58,140 bases of DNA from an uncultured Candidatus Saccharibacteria bacterium (GCA_964571085.1 CAZMZT010000004.1:1-58140); one strand, 5' to 3'; positions 1-11,241 are shown, numbered from the stretch's first letter. Numbers and translations: made by a program. Notes: generated by a model from the sequence alone, not told the origin.

Positions 1-347
1 AAACTGCAGTCCGGCTTATCCACAAACCTACAGGTATAGACGTACGTTCAACGAGTGAACGTAGCCAGCTGGGTAACCGCGAGAAAGCGATGAGTATACT
101 AGTGTCCAAGCTACAAATGCTACAAGACGAAGAAGAAGCCAAGAAGTACTCTGGTGACCGTAAGGCCCAAATAGGTACAGCAGATAGGAGCGAGAAAATC
201 CGTACCTACAACTTTCCTCAGGATCGTGTTACTGACCACCGTATCAAGCAGTCATGGTCAAACATCCCAGGTATAATGTCAGGCAATCTAGATAAGATAA
301 TAGACGCAATGCAAGCCGGTGTAGTAGGGGATGCAGAAGAGGACTAA
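1..347 (+). CDS. prfA: peptide chain release factor 1, C-terminal part (5' end upstream of window; frame starts at nt 3)
   Basis: The frame is open from the window edge (TAVRLIHKPTGI..SERSQ..EKAM). It then carries DRSEKIRTYNFPQDRVTDHRI, the RF1-type rather than RF2-type C-terminal signature. Stop TAA at 345-347. Confidence 0.85.
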   Translation, partial: TAVRLIHKPTGIDVRSTSERSQLGNREKAMSILVSKLQMLQDEEEAKKYSGDRKAQIGTADRSEKIRTYNFPQDRVTDHRIKQSWSNIPGIMSGNLDKIIDAMQAGVVGDAEED

Positions 348-354
348 CCTACTG

Positions 355-383
355 TTGTAAATTCAACCCATATGTGGTATCAT
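355..383 (+). promoter_or_regulatory. sigma70-like promoter TTGTAA-17-TATCAT with TG extension (TGGTATCAT)
   Basis: Hexamers at 355-360 and 378-383 with a 17-nt spacer. It would give a roughly 155-nt leader for the RRM gene. Confidence 0.4.
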
Positions 384-544
384 TTTCCTTACGTAGTTAG
401 CAAACGTTTAGGTATTTGTTTCATACTTCGTTGTTTATACATTGAGGCATGTAAATGAAATCAGGCATTTAGCGATTACATTTATAAGTTAGTTTTATTC
501 GAATGGATGTATGCAAGTACGCCCAGGAGAAGTACATTGTCATT

Positions 545-835
545 ATGGCAAAGAAATTGTACGTCGGAGGTCTTCCTTACAAGACGACTAACGATGAGCT
601 CAAGGCACACTTTGAGCAAGCAGGTCCAGTTGCTTCAGCAACTATTATCATGGATAAGATGACTGGCCGTTCAAAGGGCTTCGGTTTCGTAGAAATGGAA
701 AACGATGCCGACGCTGCGAGCGCTATCTCAATGTTTGATGGTAAGGATTACGAAGGTCGTAACCTAACTGTTAACGAAGCTCGTCCAATGGAAGAGCGCC
801 CACAAGGTGGTGGCGGTTTCCGTGGAAACAGATAA
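545..835 (+). CDS. RRM (RNP-1/RNP-2) RNA-binding protein with Gly-rich tail
   Basis: KLYVGGLPY (RNP-2) and KGFGFVEM (RNP-1) motifs, with a GGGGFRGN tail. AGGAGA lies about 15 nt upstream of ATG 545. The upstream in-frame Met at 503 is unlikely. Confidence 0.9.
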   Translation: MAKKLYVGGLPYKTTNDELKAHFEQAGPVASATIIMDKMTGRSKGFGFVEMENDADAASAISMFDGKDYEGRNLTVNEARPMEERPQGGGGFRGNR

Positions 836-858
836 TTCATTATCTAAAATCTCTATCC

Positions 859-894
859 AAAAATCCTCTCGAGAAATCGAGAGGATTTTTGTTT
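859..894 (+). terminator. rho-independent terminator
   Basis: ATCCTCTCGA / TCGAGAGGAT 10-bp stem with a GAAA loop, flanked by an A-run and a T-run. Confidence 0.8.
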
Positions 895-965
895 GCAAAA
901 TAGGCCTTTTATTGATATATTGCTAGTGTCGTTCGGGGAACGGCCGTTTTTTAGTGAGGTAAAAT

Positions 966-1030
966 GCGTGTGTAGTTTTATGGTAGAACGCTGTCCTGAG
1001 ATATCAGGTATATAAACGGTTCGCTCGTTC
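966..1030 (+). pseudogene. degenerate tRNA-like copy (paralog of the adjacent tRNA-Ile)
   Basis: 965-999 is 32/35 identical to 1059-1093 (acceptor 5' strand, D arm, anticodon stem 5' strand). The anticodon stem 3' strand and the acceptor 3' strand are lost. 1013-1030 looks like a diverged T arm. It has T14/A15 instead of A14/R15. Confidence 0.45.
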
Positions 1031-1157
1031 AAAATGAAATAAGGATTAATTCTTTGCGTGCGTGTGTAGTTCAGTGGTAGAACGCTGTCCTGATAAGACA
1101 GAGGCCGAAAGTTCGATTCTTTCCACACGCACGCAGGGCGGTACCTTATTTCATTTT
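1031..1157. repeat. perfect 14-bp inverted repeat bracketing tRNA-Ile
   Basis: AAAATGAAATAAGG at 1031-1044 and its exact reverse complement CCTTATTTCATTTT at 1144-1157. Confidence 0.8.
1060..1131 (+). tRNA. tRNA-Ile (anticodon GAU), no encoded CCA
   Basis: Hand-folded cloverleaf. Acceptor GCGTGTG/CACACGC; D arm GTTC-AGTGGTA-GAAC; anticodon arm CTGTC-CTGATAA-GACAG; variable AGGCC; T arm GAAAG-TTCGATT-CTTTC; discriminator A. Confidence 0.85.
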
Positions 1158-1176
1158 GCAACTCACTGCCGTTTAA

Positions 1177-1214
1177 AAGACAGAGGCCGAAAGTTCGATT
1201 CTTTCCACACGCAC
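1177..1214 (+). repeat. exact 38-nt duplicate of the 3' part of tRNA-Ile
   Basis: 1177-1214 is identical to 1095-1132, covering position 37 through the acceptor 3' strand plus 2 nt. Confidence 0.9.
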
Positions 1215-1475
1215 ATGGAACCAAATGACAAAAAAGAATCGATTTGGAAGAGTCCATACATGAAAGTATTTATAAAGGTTTCTGGATGGATTGTGGTTCC
1301 AGTACTCATAGGTTCATTTATTGGGAATACCTTAGATGATAAGTTTGGTACAGCACCCTGGATACTCGCAATAACTCTTCTTTGTTCATTTATTATATCT
1401 ATGATATTTATAGTAAAAACAGCAAAGAGGTACCAGAAAGATTTTGATAAAACAAACAAAGATGGCAACAAATAA
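1215..1475 (+). CDS. AtpZ/AtpI-like small membrane protein of the F-ATPase operon
   Basis: Two predicted TM helices (VSGWIVVPVLIGSFIGNTLDDKFGTAPWILAITLLCSFI), resembling the ATPase_gene1 family, in the first position of the atp operon. The upstream part of ORF 1062-1475 overlaps the tRNA and was discarded. An alternative start is ATG 1260. Confidence 0.65.
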   Translation: MEPNDKKESIWKSPYMKVFIKVSGWIVVPVLIGSFIGNTLDDKFGTAPWILAITLLCSFIISMIFIVKTAKRYQKDFDKTNKDGNK

Positions 1476-2373
1476 CATTGAACACAGCGAAATAACAGAA
1501 GTCACCACAGAAGCGCATGAAAGTGTACCACACGAGGCCGCTCTCTATGCTGAACCAATCGGGCACATTGGCTCTTTTACTGTCACAAACGCACTATTTA
1601 CTAGTTGGATTGTTGTTGGTTTCTTAATTATTTTTTCTATTGTTATACGCCTTCGTATGAAGAGGATCCCTAAAGGCATACAGAACTTTTTTGAATTTGT
1701 AATAGAAGGTGCAGAATCACTAGCTGATCAAGTCACTCAGGATCGCAAGATCACAAACAAAGCATTCCCAATAGTCTTCACAGTATTCCTTATAGTATTA
1801 CTAAACAACTGGATGGGCATACTACCATTTGGAGGATTTGGCATTATAGAGATGACAGACCACGGTAAAGCATTTATCCCTCTTATTCGTAGTGGTACCG
1901 CCGATGTAAATGGCACTTTAGCCCTTGCAGTGCTTTCTGTAATAGGAGCAAATCTGTTTGGAATCCTATCCATCGGACTCTGGAAAACATTCAACAAATA
2001 TGTTAATCTAAAGGCGCTCGGAGGCATTTTTAAGAAGGTTAGGAAAGACCCGATCGTCCTACTAACAGCTCCGATCATGTTTGCAGTTGGGTTCCTAGAG
2101 CTTATTGGCGAGATGGCAAAGATAGCTTCACTTTCGTTCCGTCTTTTTGGAAACGTATTTGCTGGTGAAGTCCTACTCGCATCAATGGCTGCAGTTCTTG
2201 CATACTTGGTTCCAACACCATTCCTCTTGCTTGAGATTTTCGTCGGAGTGATTCAAGCATTCATCTTCTCAGTTCTTACACTTGTCTACTACACAATGGC
2301 AAGCCAAGATCACGAAGAAGGGCACGACGAACACCCCAAGGAAGGACACCAGAATCTTGCAGAAGCGCATTAG
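1444..2373 (+). CDS. atpB: F0F1 ATP synthase subunit a
   Basis: LNNWMGILPF and FRLFGNVFAGEVLL signatures; polytopic. The start may be ATG 1462 instead of 1444. Confidence 0.93.
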   Translation: MIKQTKMATNNIEHSEITEVTTEAHESVPHEAALYAEPIGHIGSFTVTNALFTSWIVVGFLIIFSIVIRLRMKRIPKGIQNFFEFVIEGAESLADQVTQDRKITNKAFPIVFTVFLIVLLNNWMGILPFGGFGIIEMTDHGKAFIPLIRSGTADVNGTLALAVLSVIGANLFGILSIGLWKTFNKYVNLKALGGIFKKVRKDPIVLLTAPIMFAVGFLELIGEMAKIASLSFRLFGNVFAGEVLLASMAAVLAYLVPTPFLLLEIFVGVIQAFIFSVLTLVYYTMASQDHEEGHDEHPKEGHQNLAEAH

Positions 2374-2386
2374 TATTTATTATTGA

Positions 2387-2644
<258 letters not shown>

Positions 2645-2667
2645 TACCTAGATTGCGCGCAGATGAA

Positions 2668-2739
2668 GCAGAGTTATGTACATTTTTATCCGCGTAGGGC
2701 CCCTCTGGGGTAAAGCGGGGAAAATTTATATAACTCTGC
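2668..2739 (+). other. long imperfect intercistronic hairpin between atpE and atpF
   Basis: Outer arms GCAGAGTTAT (2668-2677) / ATAACTCTGC (2730-2739). Inner A/T helix, then CCGC/GCGG, with a CCCC-TCT-GGGG apex. No T-run follows. Confidence 0.55.
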
Positions 2740-2775
2740 AAAATCTGAATACAATTATCAGTAATTATTTTAAAC

Positions 2776-3267
2776 ATGGATTCATTTATTGAAGCATTTC
2801 ACATAGACTTTAAGATTTTGATCGCCCAGGCGATAAACTTTGCCATAGTATTCGCGGTACTATACTTCCTTGCTCTCAAACCTCTCAAGAAAGTCATGAG
2901 TGAACGTACTAGTACAATAGAGAAGGGACTAAAAGATGCCAAAGAAAGCGCAGAACTTATAGCCTCTACACAAAAAGAATACGAAGCAGTTATAGCCAAA
3001 GCTCGTACCGAAGCTCATACACTTTTCCAAGATGGCAAGAAGGACGCTGAAGCAAAGCGTGCTGAAATGATAGCAAAGGCGCAATCTGAAGTAGATGCTA
3101 TGGTAGCAAATGGCAAGAAGAGCCTCGAAGCTGAGAAGGAGAAAATGGTAGAGGAAGCCAAAGGTGAGATAGTGTCACTAGTAGTTGCTGCTACAGAGAA
3201 GATCCTCAAGGACCAAGCAGACAACAAAGTCACAGAGAAATCAATCAAAAAGATCACAAATATTTAA
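2776..3267 (+). CDS. atpF: F0F1 ATP synthase subunit b
   Basis: N-terminal TM helix followed by a long charged Ala/Lys/Glu helix; operon position. Confidence 0.9.
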   Translation: MDSFIEAFHIDFKILIAQAINFAIVFAVLYFLALKPLKKVMSERTSTIEKGLKDAKESAELIASTQKEYEAVIAKARTEAHTLFQDGKKDAEAKRAEMIAKAQSEVDAMVANGKKSLEAEKEKMVEEAKGEIVSLVVAATEKILKDQADNKVTEKSIKKITNI

Positions 3268-3269
3268 TT

Positions 3270-3677
3270 ATGAAACTAAGTTCAACTAAAACTTTAGCCC
3301 AAGCAATATATGAGACCACCAAAGGCAAAAGTGGTGTTGAACTAACACATGCACTCGAGAACACAGTAGTATTTATAAAGAAAAACCAACTAATGAGCAG
3401 ATCCAAAGAAATACTAAGTCACTTGGAAAATATAATAGACACCAATGAGAACATAGTTAGAGCCAAAGTTAAAAGCAGAGATGTATTATCCAAGAAAATG
3501 ATCAGCGAGTTAGAAGATAGTTTAAAGAAGAGGTACAAAGCAAAAGAAGTAGAGATAGACAACATGGTAGATGAAGAAGTTATAGATGGAATCAAGATAG
3601 AAGTACAAAACGAAGTGATAGACCTTACCCTCAGACACAGACTCAACCAATTACAAAATTACTTAATCAAAAACTAA
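3270..3677 (+). CDS. atpH: F0F1 ATP synthase subunit delta (short form, 135 aa)
   Basis: Operon position between b and alpha. OSCP-like C-terminus ([24 protein letters not shown]). Confidence 0.8.
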   Translation: MKLSSTKTLAQAIYETTKGKSGVELTHALENTVVFIKKNQLMSRSKEILSHLENIIDTNENIVRAKVKSRDVLSKKMISELEDSLKKRYKAKEVEIDNMVDEEVIDGIKIEVQNEVIDLTLRHRLNQLQNYLIKN

Positions 3678-3678
3678 T

Positions 3679-5181
3679 ATGGCCAAGAATACAATTGTAG
3701 AAAATTTAAGAAAGCAGATAGAGAAATTCCAAACAGATGCCAAAGCACAAAAGGTTGGCCATGTTGTCGAAGTTTTCGATGGTATCGCTCGTGTATCTGG
3801 ACTATCTGATTTGAAAGCATCAGAGATGGTGACTTTTGCCAGTGGTGCTACAGGAGTGGCACTCAACCTTGATGAGGACTCAGTAGGTGTCATCGTACTT
3901 GGAGGATTCTCAAAGATCAAAGAAGGGGATGAGGTCAAGGCTACAGGATCAATCCTTTCAGTTCCAGTCGGTGATGCTCAGATAGGCCGTGTGCTGAACG
4001 CTCTCGGTGAACCTATCGATGGCAAAGGCAAAGTTGCTTCAAAAGAAGTCTATCCAATAGAGCGTGTTGCATCTGGAGTGATGAGTCGCCAAAGTGTCGA
4101 CCAGCCAGTCCAAACAGGTATCAAAGCCATCGACGCCATCATCCCAGTAGGCCGCGGACAACGTGAGCTTATCATTGGTGACCGCCAGACAGGTAAAACA
4201 GCAATCGCTATCGATGCCATACTAAACCAGAAAGGTCAGAACATGATCTGTGTGTATGTATCTATCGGCCAGAAAGATTCTAAGCTTCGCAAACTACAAA
4301 CTCGCCTAGAGGAAGGTGGCGCTATGGACTACACAGTCATAGTCTCTGCAGGTTCATCAGAAGCCGCAGCGCTTTCATACATCGCTCCATATACTGGAGT
4401 CTCTATCGCAGAGTACTTCATGGACCAAGGTAAAGATGTCTTGGTTATCTACGATGACCTTTCCAAGCACGCAGTGGCATACCGTGAGATCTCACTCTTG
4501 CTACGCCGTCCACCAGGCCGTGAAGCATACCCAGGTGATGTGTTCTACTTGCACTCACGTTTGCTTGAGCGTGCATGTCGTCGCAACAAAGAATACGGAG
4601 GTGGATCTATCACAGCATTCCCAATCATTGAAACTCAAGGTGGTGACATCTCTGCATATATTCCTACAAACGTGATCTCTATTACAGACGGACAGATATT
4701 CCTCGAAACAGATCTCTTCTATAAAGGTATCCGCCCTGCAGTAAACGTTGGTAACTCTGTATCCCGTGTAGGAGGAAGTGCCCAAATCAAAGCCATGAAG
4801 AAAGTGGCTGGTACACTCAAACTAGACCTTGCACAATTCCGTGAACTTGAAGCTTTCTCTCAATTCGGCTCAGACCTAGATGAATCTACCAAACGCCAAC
4901 TAGAGCGTGGTAAGCGTGCTGTGGAAGTCCTCAAGCAACCTCAATACTCTCCAGTAGGAACTACACGCCAGATAGTCACTCTATATGCACTTGTGAAAGG
5001 CTACATGGATAATGTGCCAGTGGACAAGATTAGACAGTTTGAAGAAGAACTTGGTGACTACGCAGAAGTAAATGCTAAAGACTTCTATACTGATATAGCA
5101 GAGAAGAAAATGTGGACAGATGAGAGTGAAGCAACACTAAAGAAAGTAATCGAGGATTTTGTGAAAGGGTTTGTAAAATAA
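3679..5181 (+). CDS. atpA: F0F1 ATP synthase subunit alpha
   Basis: Walker A GDRQTGKT; conserved alpha blocks ([42 protein letters not shown]). Confidence 0.97.
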   Translation: MAKNTIVENLRKQIEKFQTDAKAQKVGHVVEVFDGIARVSGLSDLKASEMVTFASGATGVALNLDEDSVGVIVLGGFSKIKEGDEVKATGSILSVPVGDAQIGRVLNALGEPIDGKGKVASKEVYPIERVASGVMSRQSVDQPVQTGIKAIDAIIPVGRGQRELIIGDRQTGKTAIAIDAILNQKGQNMICVYVSIGQKDSKLRKLQTRLEEGGAMDYTVIVSAGSSEAAALSYIAPYTGVSIAEYFMDQGKDVLVIYDDLSKHAVAYREISLLLRRPPGREAYPGDVFYLHSRLLERACRRNKEYGGGSITAFPIIETQGGDISAYIPTNVISITDGQIFLETDLFYKGIRPAVNVGNSVSRVGGSAQIKAMKKVAGTLKLDLAQFRELEAFSQFGSDLDESTKRQLERGKRAVEVLKQPQYSPVGTTRQIVTLYALVKGYMDNVPVDKIRQFEEELGDYAEVNAKDFYTDIAEKKMWTDESEATLKKVIEDFVKGFVK

Positions 5182-5199
5182 AAATTTGGTTTAGAGAAT

Positions 5200-6093
5200 A
5201 TGGCAAATCAGAAATTAATAAAAAACAGAATAAAGAGTGTTAAAAGCACGAAGAAGATCACCAAAGCCATGGAGCTCGTGGCAGCTTCCAAGATGAAGCG
5301 TGCAGTTAATGCTACTCTTTCTTCACGTCTGTATGCCAACTACTCTTGGGACCTGCTCACATCACTCTCCGGCAAACTTGAAGAGATAACACACCCATTC
5401 TTTACAGGAAATTCAGGTGATAAATCACTAATAGTACTTATTACATCTAACCGCGGTCTTTGTGGTTCATACAACTCCCAAGCTATCAAGAAGACACTTT
5501 CAATACTCAAAACTACCGAGAACGCCGAGATTATTTCCGTCGGCAAGAAAGGTGACAATGCCATGCGACGTATCGGCCAGAATATCATCGCATCATTTGT
5601 CGAGATTCCAGACAACGCCACTCTATCTGACATCCGTCCTCTCTCTGAACTTATAACTCGTAAATACAAAGAGGGAATATACAAGGAAGTAAAAGTCATA
5701 TATACCGACTTTATCTCAGCCCTCACTCAAAAAGCCAACATCAGAAAGCTCCTACCAATCAGCAAAGAAGAAGTTGGAGAGATGATAGAGAGTTTGGGAG
5801 AAGTGAAAGACAAAGAGAAACTAGTAAATGAATCAGTAGAGTATATATTTGAAGGCGACACAAACAAACTGGTAGAGATGCTCTCAGAAAAACTTGTCCG
5901 AATGCAGATTTATCAGATGCTCCTTGAATCGAGTGCTTCTGAGCAGTCATCCCGCATGGTCGCTATGAAGAATGCTAGTGAGGCTGCTGGAGAGATGATA
6001 GATGACCTGACACTAGTATTCAACAAAGCCCGCCAAGCAGGCATTACACAGGAAATATCAGAAATAAGTGCCGGTATGGCAAGTGTAAGTTAA
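5200..6093 (+). CDS. atpG: F0F1 ATP synthase subunit gamma
   Basis: N-terminus IKSVKSTKKITKAMELVAASKMKRA and C-terminus ARQAGITQEISEI, both typical of gamma. Confidence 0.93.
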   Translation: MANQKLIKNRIKSVKSTKKITKAMELVAASKMKRAVNATLSSRLYANYSWDLLTSLSGKLEEITHPFFTGNSGDKSLIVLITSNRGLCGSYNSQAIKKTLSILKTTENAEIISVGKKGDNAMRRIGQNIIASFVEIPDNATLSDIRPLSELITRKYKEGIYKEVKVIYTDFISALTQKANIRKLLPISKEEVGEMIESLGEVKDKEKLVNESVEYIFEGDTNKLVEMLSEKLVRMQIYQMLLESSASEQSSRMVAMKNASEAAGEMIDDLTLVFNKARQAGITQEISEISAGMASVS

Positions 6094-6098
6094 AATAT

Positions 6099-7845
<1,747 letters not shown>

Positions 7846-7862
7846 AATATTTATATTTAAAG

Positions 7863-8306
7863 ATGGCCAAACAATTAAAACTAAAAATAGTAACTCCAGA
7901 GAAGCTCATCCTTGAGGAAATGGTTGAGAGTGTTACTTTCCCATCCACAGAAGGGGAGCTGACAGTACTTCCAGAACACATCCCTATGATCGCAGGACTA
8001 GCATCTGGTGACGTTGTCGCACTCGTAAATGGCGAACAAGTCCCTATGGCAGTCTCTGGTGGATTTGTAGAGGTGAAGCAAATCGATGGCATGACAGAAG
8101 TAGCAGTACTTGCAGACTTTGCCGAGCATGTAGCTGATATTACAGACGAAGCCATCAAGCAAGCAGAGGCTAAAGCAGAGGAACTGAAGAAGGTGGCTGA
8201 CAACAAAGAGGTAGTAGACTTTGAACACTTTGCCTCTGAACTTGAACGCTCACTCACTCGTGTAAAGATAGCTGACAAATGGCGAACAAAGAAATATAGA
8301 AAATAA
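7863..8306 (+). CDS. atpC: F0F1 ATP synthase subunit epsilon
   Basis: LKIVTPEK..VTFPSTEGELTVLPEHIPMI beta-sandwich start followed by a helical C-terminus; last gene of the operon. Confidence 0.9.
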   Translation: MAKQLKLKIVTPEKLILEEMVESVTFPSTEGELTVLPEHIPMIAGLASGDVVALVNGEQVPMAVSGGFVEVKQIDGMTEVAVLADFAEHVADITDEAIKQAEAKAEELKKVADNKEVVDFEHFASELERSLTRVKIADKWRTKKYRK

Positions 8307-8333
8307 AAAAAGGAGACAGAGTCTCCTTTTTTT
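8305..8333. terminator. bidirectional rho-independent terminator
   Basis: AGGAGAC-AGA-GTCTCCT stem flanked by an A-run and a T-run, between convergent atpC and ORF 8353-8727. Confidence 0.8.
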
Positions 8334-8352
8334 CAATTACTTACTTAAAATA

Positions 8353-8727
8353 TTAGTATTGATACCAGCGCCTATTCCTATTACTTATTAGTGCTTTCCA
8401 AAAGGCACTAGCTGTATCCAGGAAATATGACAGGTAGAAAAATAACGTTATCACAAACCAGCTAATGTTGAGAAACCAATACCCACGCCACAGAGAAAAG
8501 AATGCTACAATTCCTAAAACTATTGAAATGATCCCGCTGTTTGCGATAAATCTATTCTTCCTACCTTTCCTTCTTTGGAAGATTACTCCAGCTAATTGGA
8601 GTAACAATATAATACCTACTACAAAAGGTATTTCTCCTTCATCTACCCACAACATTACACACAGCCACAGTGCCGGCATAGCCAGGCTGATTAGAAAAGC
8701 GATGAACGCTTTTAATTTTAGTTTCAT
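8353..8727 (-). CDS. hypothetical polytopic membrane protein
   Basis: 124 aa with about 4 hydrophobic helices. No family recognised. Confidence 0.55.
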   Translation of the reverse strand: MKLKLKAFIAFLISLAMPALWLCVMLWVDEGEIPFVVGIILLLQLAGVIFQRRKGRKNRFIANSGIISIVLGIVAFFSLWRGYWFLNISWFVITLFFYLSYFLDTASAFWKALISNRNRRWYQY

Positions 8728-8754
8728 AAAATGAGTTTTAGGTGAAAAAATATT

Positions 8755-9249
8755 TTATTTCAGCCAGAAGTGATTCATATAGAGAATACTGTATTCCACA
8801 CCATAAATAGATATGACAGTAGTAATGAATCCAAATACATAGTGTCGAGCCGATGCTTTTTGTATACCTTCTCCATCTGTCTTGGCTTGTTCCAGGTCCT
8901 TCTCTGTAGGATATCTGTCTACTTGTATTTTATACAGGCTATATAATCCATAAATCCATATAAGTGAGTAAAGGATTATATAAAGATACCTTACATAAGA
9001 TTTATCAGTAATACTTATCTTGGTCTTGTCCGACATTTTGTAATTGACAGTATTGTTTACTGTTAGATACGCATAGCCTGCGTAATAATCAAAGCTTCCA
9101 CCTCCGTTGTCTATGTACTCACTTTCCGACATGGGTTTATTCCACTTCCCATCATGCCTCAAAGATATCATCATATATAACTGAAACAGAAAGAAAATGG
9201 TGATCCAAATCTCGTTGAATCTGATTACAAGTCTTAGAACGTTTCTCAT
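8755..9249 (-). CDS. hypothetical membrane protein
   Basis: 164 aa with about 3 hydrophobic helices. Tandem with the previous ORF. Confidence 0.55.
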   Translation of the reverse strand: MRNVLRLVIRFNEIWITIFFLFQLYMMISLRHDGKWNKPMSESEYIDNGGGSFDYYAGYAYLTVNNTVNYKMSDKTKISITDKSYVRYLYIILYSLIWIYGLYSLYKIQVDRYPTEKDLEQAKTDGEGIQKASARHYVFGFITTVISIYGVEYSILYMNHFWLK

Positions 9250-9349
9250 AATTTAGTAGATTTTGGGTTATCAAATTTTTCTATTTTATATCACTATTTT
9301 AGGCATAAGTCAAGTAGAAAACCTTATAAAATAAGATATATTTATACAT

Positions 9350-10294
9350 ATGGAATCAAATTACAAAATCATCCTTTTCTACAAATATACCCGGATTGCT
9401 GACCCTAAGGCGCTCCGTGATGAGCAGTTTGAGCTATGTAAGAGGCTGGGAATGAAAGGTCGTATGATTATAGCCCACGAAGGCATAAACGGCACATTTG
9501 AAGGCACAGAGAGCGCTTGCCAAGAATACATGAGTCTAATGAAGTCAGACTCTCGCTTTGCAGATATACACTGGAAGGTTAGCAACGGCACCGCAGACGG
9601 CACAGCATTCCCACGACTCTCTGTAAAAGTCCGCAAAGAGATAGTGTCTCTCCATCTTGGTGACGAAGCTGACATAGACCCAAATCAAATCACTGGCAAT
9701 CACTTAAAGCCTGAGGATCTACGTAAGTGGTACGAGCAAGGTAAAAAGTTCCACATAGTAGACATGCGCAATGACTATGAACTACGTGTGGGGAAGTTTG
9801 AAGGCACAGTTTTCCCAGATCTGAACAACTTCCGTGACTTGAAGAAAAATATTAAAAAGATTGAAAACCTTAAAGACGAGACAGTGCTGACAGTTTGTAC
9901 TGGCGGCGTGCGTTGTGAGAAGGCTTCCGGCCTACTTGTCCGTGAAGGCTTCAAAGATGTCCACCAGCTCGACGGAGGAATAGTCAGCTACATGGAGCAG
10001 TTCCCAGGGCAAGACTTCAAAGGTTCGCTCTATGTCTTCGACAAGCGCATAGTCATGAATTTCAACGACCCCGACAAGCATGAAATCATCGGCCATTGCA
10101 GTAAATGTGGAGTTAAAAGCGAGCACTATGTAAACTGTGGCAACCTCATGTGCCATGACCACTTTATCTGCTGTGAGGAGTGTTTGGAGAAGAGTGATAA
10201 TGACCATCCTCCATACGGACTCGCATACTGCAACACCTGGTGCAATATTAAATGGAAGTTTTATAACCTTAGAAAATCATTAGTGCGTTCATAA
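9350..10294 (+). CDS. trhO: rhodanese-domain tRNA U34 hydroxylase (UPF0176/YceA family)
   Basis: N-terminus ILFYKY...IIAHEGINGT and rhodanese active loop CTGGVRCEK, with a Cys-rich C-terminus. Confidence 0.85.
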   Translation: MESNYKIILFYKYTRIADPKALRDEQFELCKRLGMKGRMIIAHEGINGTFEGTESACQEYMSLMKSDSRFADIHWKVSNGTADGTAFPRLSVKVRKEIVSLHLGDEADIDPNQITGNHLKPEDLRKWYEQGKKFHIVDMRNDYELRVGKFEGTVFPDLNNFRDLKKNIKKIENLKDETVLTVCTGGVRCEKASGLLVREGFKDVHQLDGGIVSYMEQFPGQDFKGSLYVFDKRIVMNFNDPDKHEIIGHCSKCGVKSEHYVNCGNLMCHDHFICCEECLEKSDNDHPPYGLAYCNTWCNIKWKFYNLRKSLVRS

Positions 10295-10349
10295 TAGACC
10301 GAATTTTTTAGATTAGGATTAATTGACAAAATACTACATGTATGATATT

Positions 10350-10386
10350 TTGCTGATAAATAATGTTTATTTATCAGCAATTTTTT
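10350..10386 (+). terminator. rho-independent terminator of trhO
   Basis: 14-bp perfect arms TTGCTGATAAATAA / TTATTTATCAGCAA, loop TGT, followed by TTTTTT. Confidence 0.8.
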
Positions 10387-10437
10387 GTGACCAAAGAGGG
10401 TAAAATTTATCTTTTTCGGCCACCAAAAATTAATCAT

Positions 10438-11190
10438 ATGAAAAAATTAATTCTCTCCCTGGTTATAATTGTTTTTGTAGTAGAAAGTTGTTCACAAAGC
10501 ACAACTACTGATACTCCAAGTCTTTATCCTCCAACGTATTTAACGAAACAAAACATTGTATTAGTAGGGATAAAACATAGTGACTCTACTTTGCTTGACG
10601 GTCCATCAAAAGAAATTTTTTGTTCAGCCTTTCCCAGGTTGCTAGAAGCATCAGCAGGTAAACCCATCATTTTCTTGATGGAAGGAATACCTAATACAGT
10701 TTCCGGTTATTTTGATCCGAGAGTAAGTAGGATACTAGGTTTACCTGAGTGTATAGCAGAACGGTATCCGTTCATCGGTTGCGATAATAGATCTGGTATC
10801 TTTCAACCAGAATTTATGGATGCATTTCATACAATCTTGAATTTTGCTTACGATGATGGAATCAATGGCCAGGAAAAAAGCCTAGAAGAATCGTTTAAGA
10901 AACCTTCTTCTCTTAGGCTGGACCGACTTGACTCAGTAGATAAGGAAGATGCTGAATTCTGGGGTAAAAGAATGGCAAAAGATTACAAGGAGTTTGAGGA
11001 TTCAATTCTCAGTAGTGCACAAAATTTCGAAAAGAAAGGTTACTATGTAGTAGTGTTTTGTGGAGCGGCACATGCGGTTAAAATATCGATGCAAGAATCT
11101 ACAGGATATCTTCTATGCACGAAAGATTCATTAGACATACTGCAAAGCATTAAATCAGCAAAAATACTGTCTCTTTTGGAGAAGGAGTAA
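10438..11190 (+). CDS. hypothetical lipoprotein
   Basis: MKKLILSLVIIVFVVESC is signal-peptide and lipobox-like. The upstream extension to 10363 was rejected. Confidence 0.6.
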   Translation: MKKLILSLVIIVFVVESCSQSTTTDTPSLYPPTYLTKQNIVLVGIKHSDSTLLDGPSKEIFCSAFPRLLEASAGKPIIFLMEGIPNTVSGYFDPRVSRILGLPECIAERYPFIGCDNRSGIFQPEFMDAFHTILNFAYDDGINGQEKSLEESFKKPSSLRLDRLDSVDKEDAEFWGKRMAKDYKEFEDSILSSAQNFEKKGYYVVVFCGAAHAVKISMQESTGYLLCTKDSLDILQSIKSAKILSLLEKE

Positions 11191-11207
11191 TGATTTATTT
11201 ATAAGCA

Positions 11208-11238
11208 AACAGGGCATCTAACTGATGCCCTGTTTTTA
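11208..11238 (+). terminator. rho-independent terminator
   Basis: AACAGGGCATC / GATGCCCTGTT stem followed by a T-run. Confidence 0.8.
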
Positions 11239-11241
11239 TAG

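Noticed and set aside
965-1214. Reading the outer tRNA halves as a functional intron-containing tRNA-Phe(GAA) gene.
   Set aside because: This was kept only as a hypothesis. The outer 5' half has T14/A15 in place of the conserved A14/R15. The interval still contains a decayed T-arm-like segment. At about 176 nt it shows no group I intron features I could recognise.
853-1475. ORFs 853-1257 (minus), 1163-1471 (minus) and the first 51 codons of ORF 1062-1475 (plus).
   Set aside because: They run through the terminator, the tRNA-Ile gene and its partial copies. Only the distal part from ATG 1215, which is membrane-protein-like, is plausible as a CDS.
10323-10349. TTGACA-17-TATTTT upstream of the lipoprotein gene read as a promoter.
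   Set aside because: It would fire directly into the trhO terminator hairpin (10350-10386). A start downstream of the terminator is more likely.
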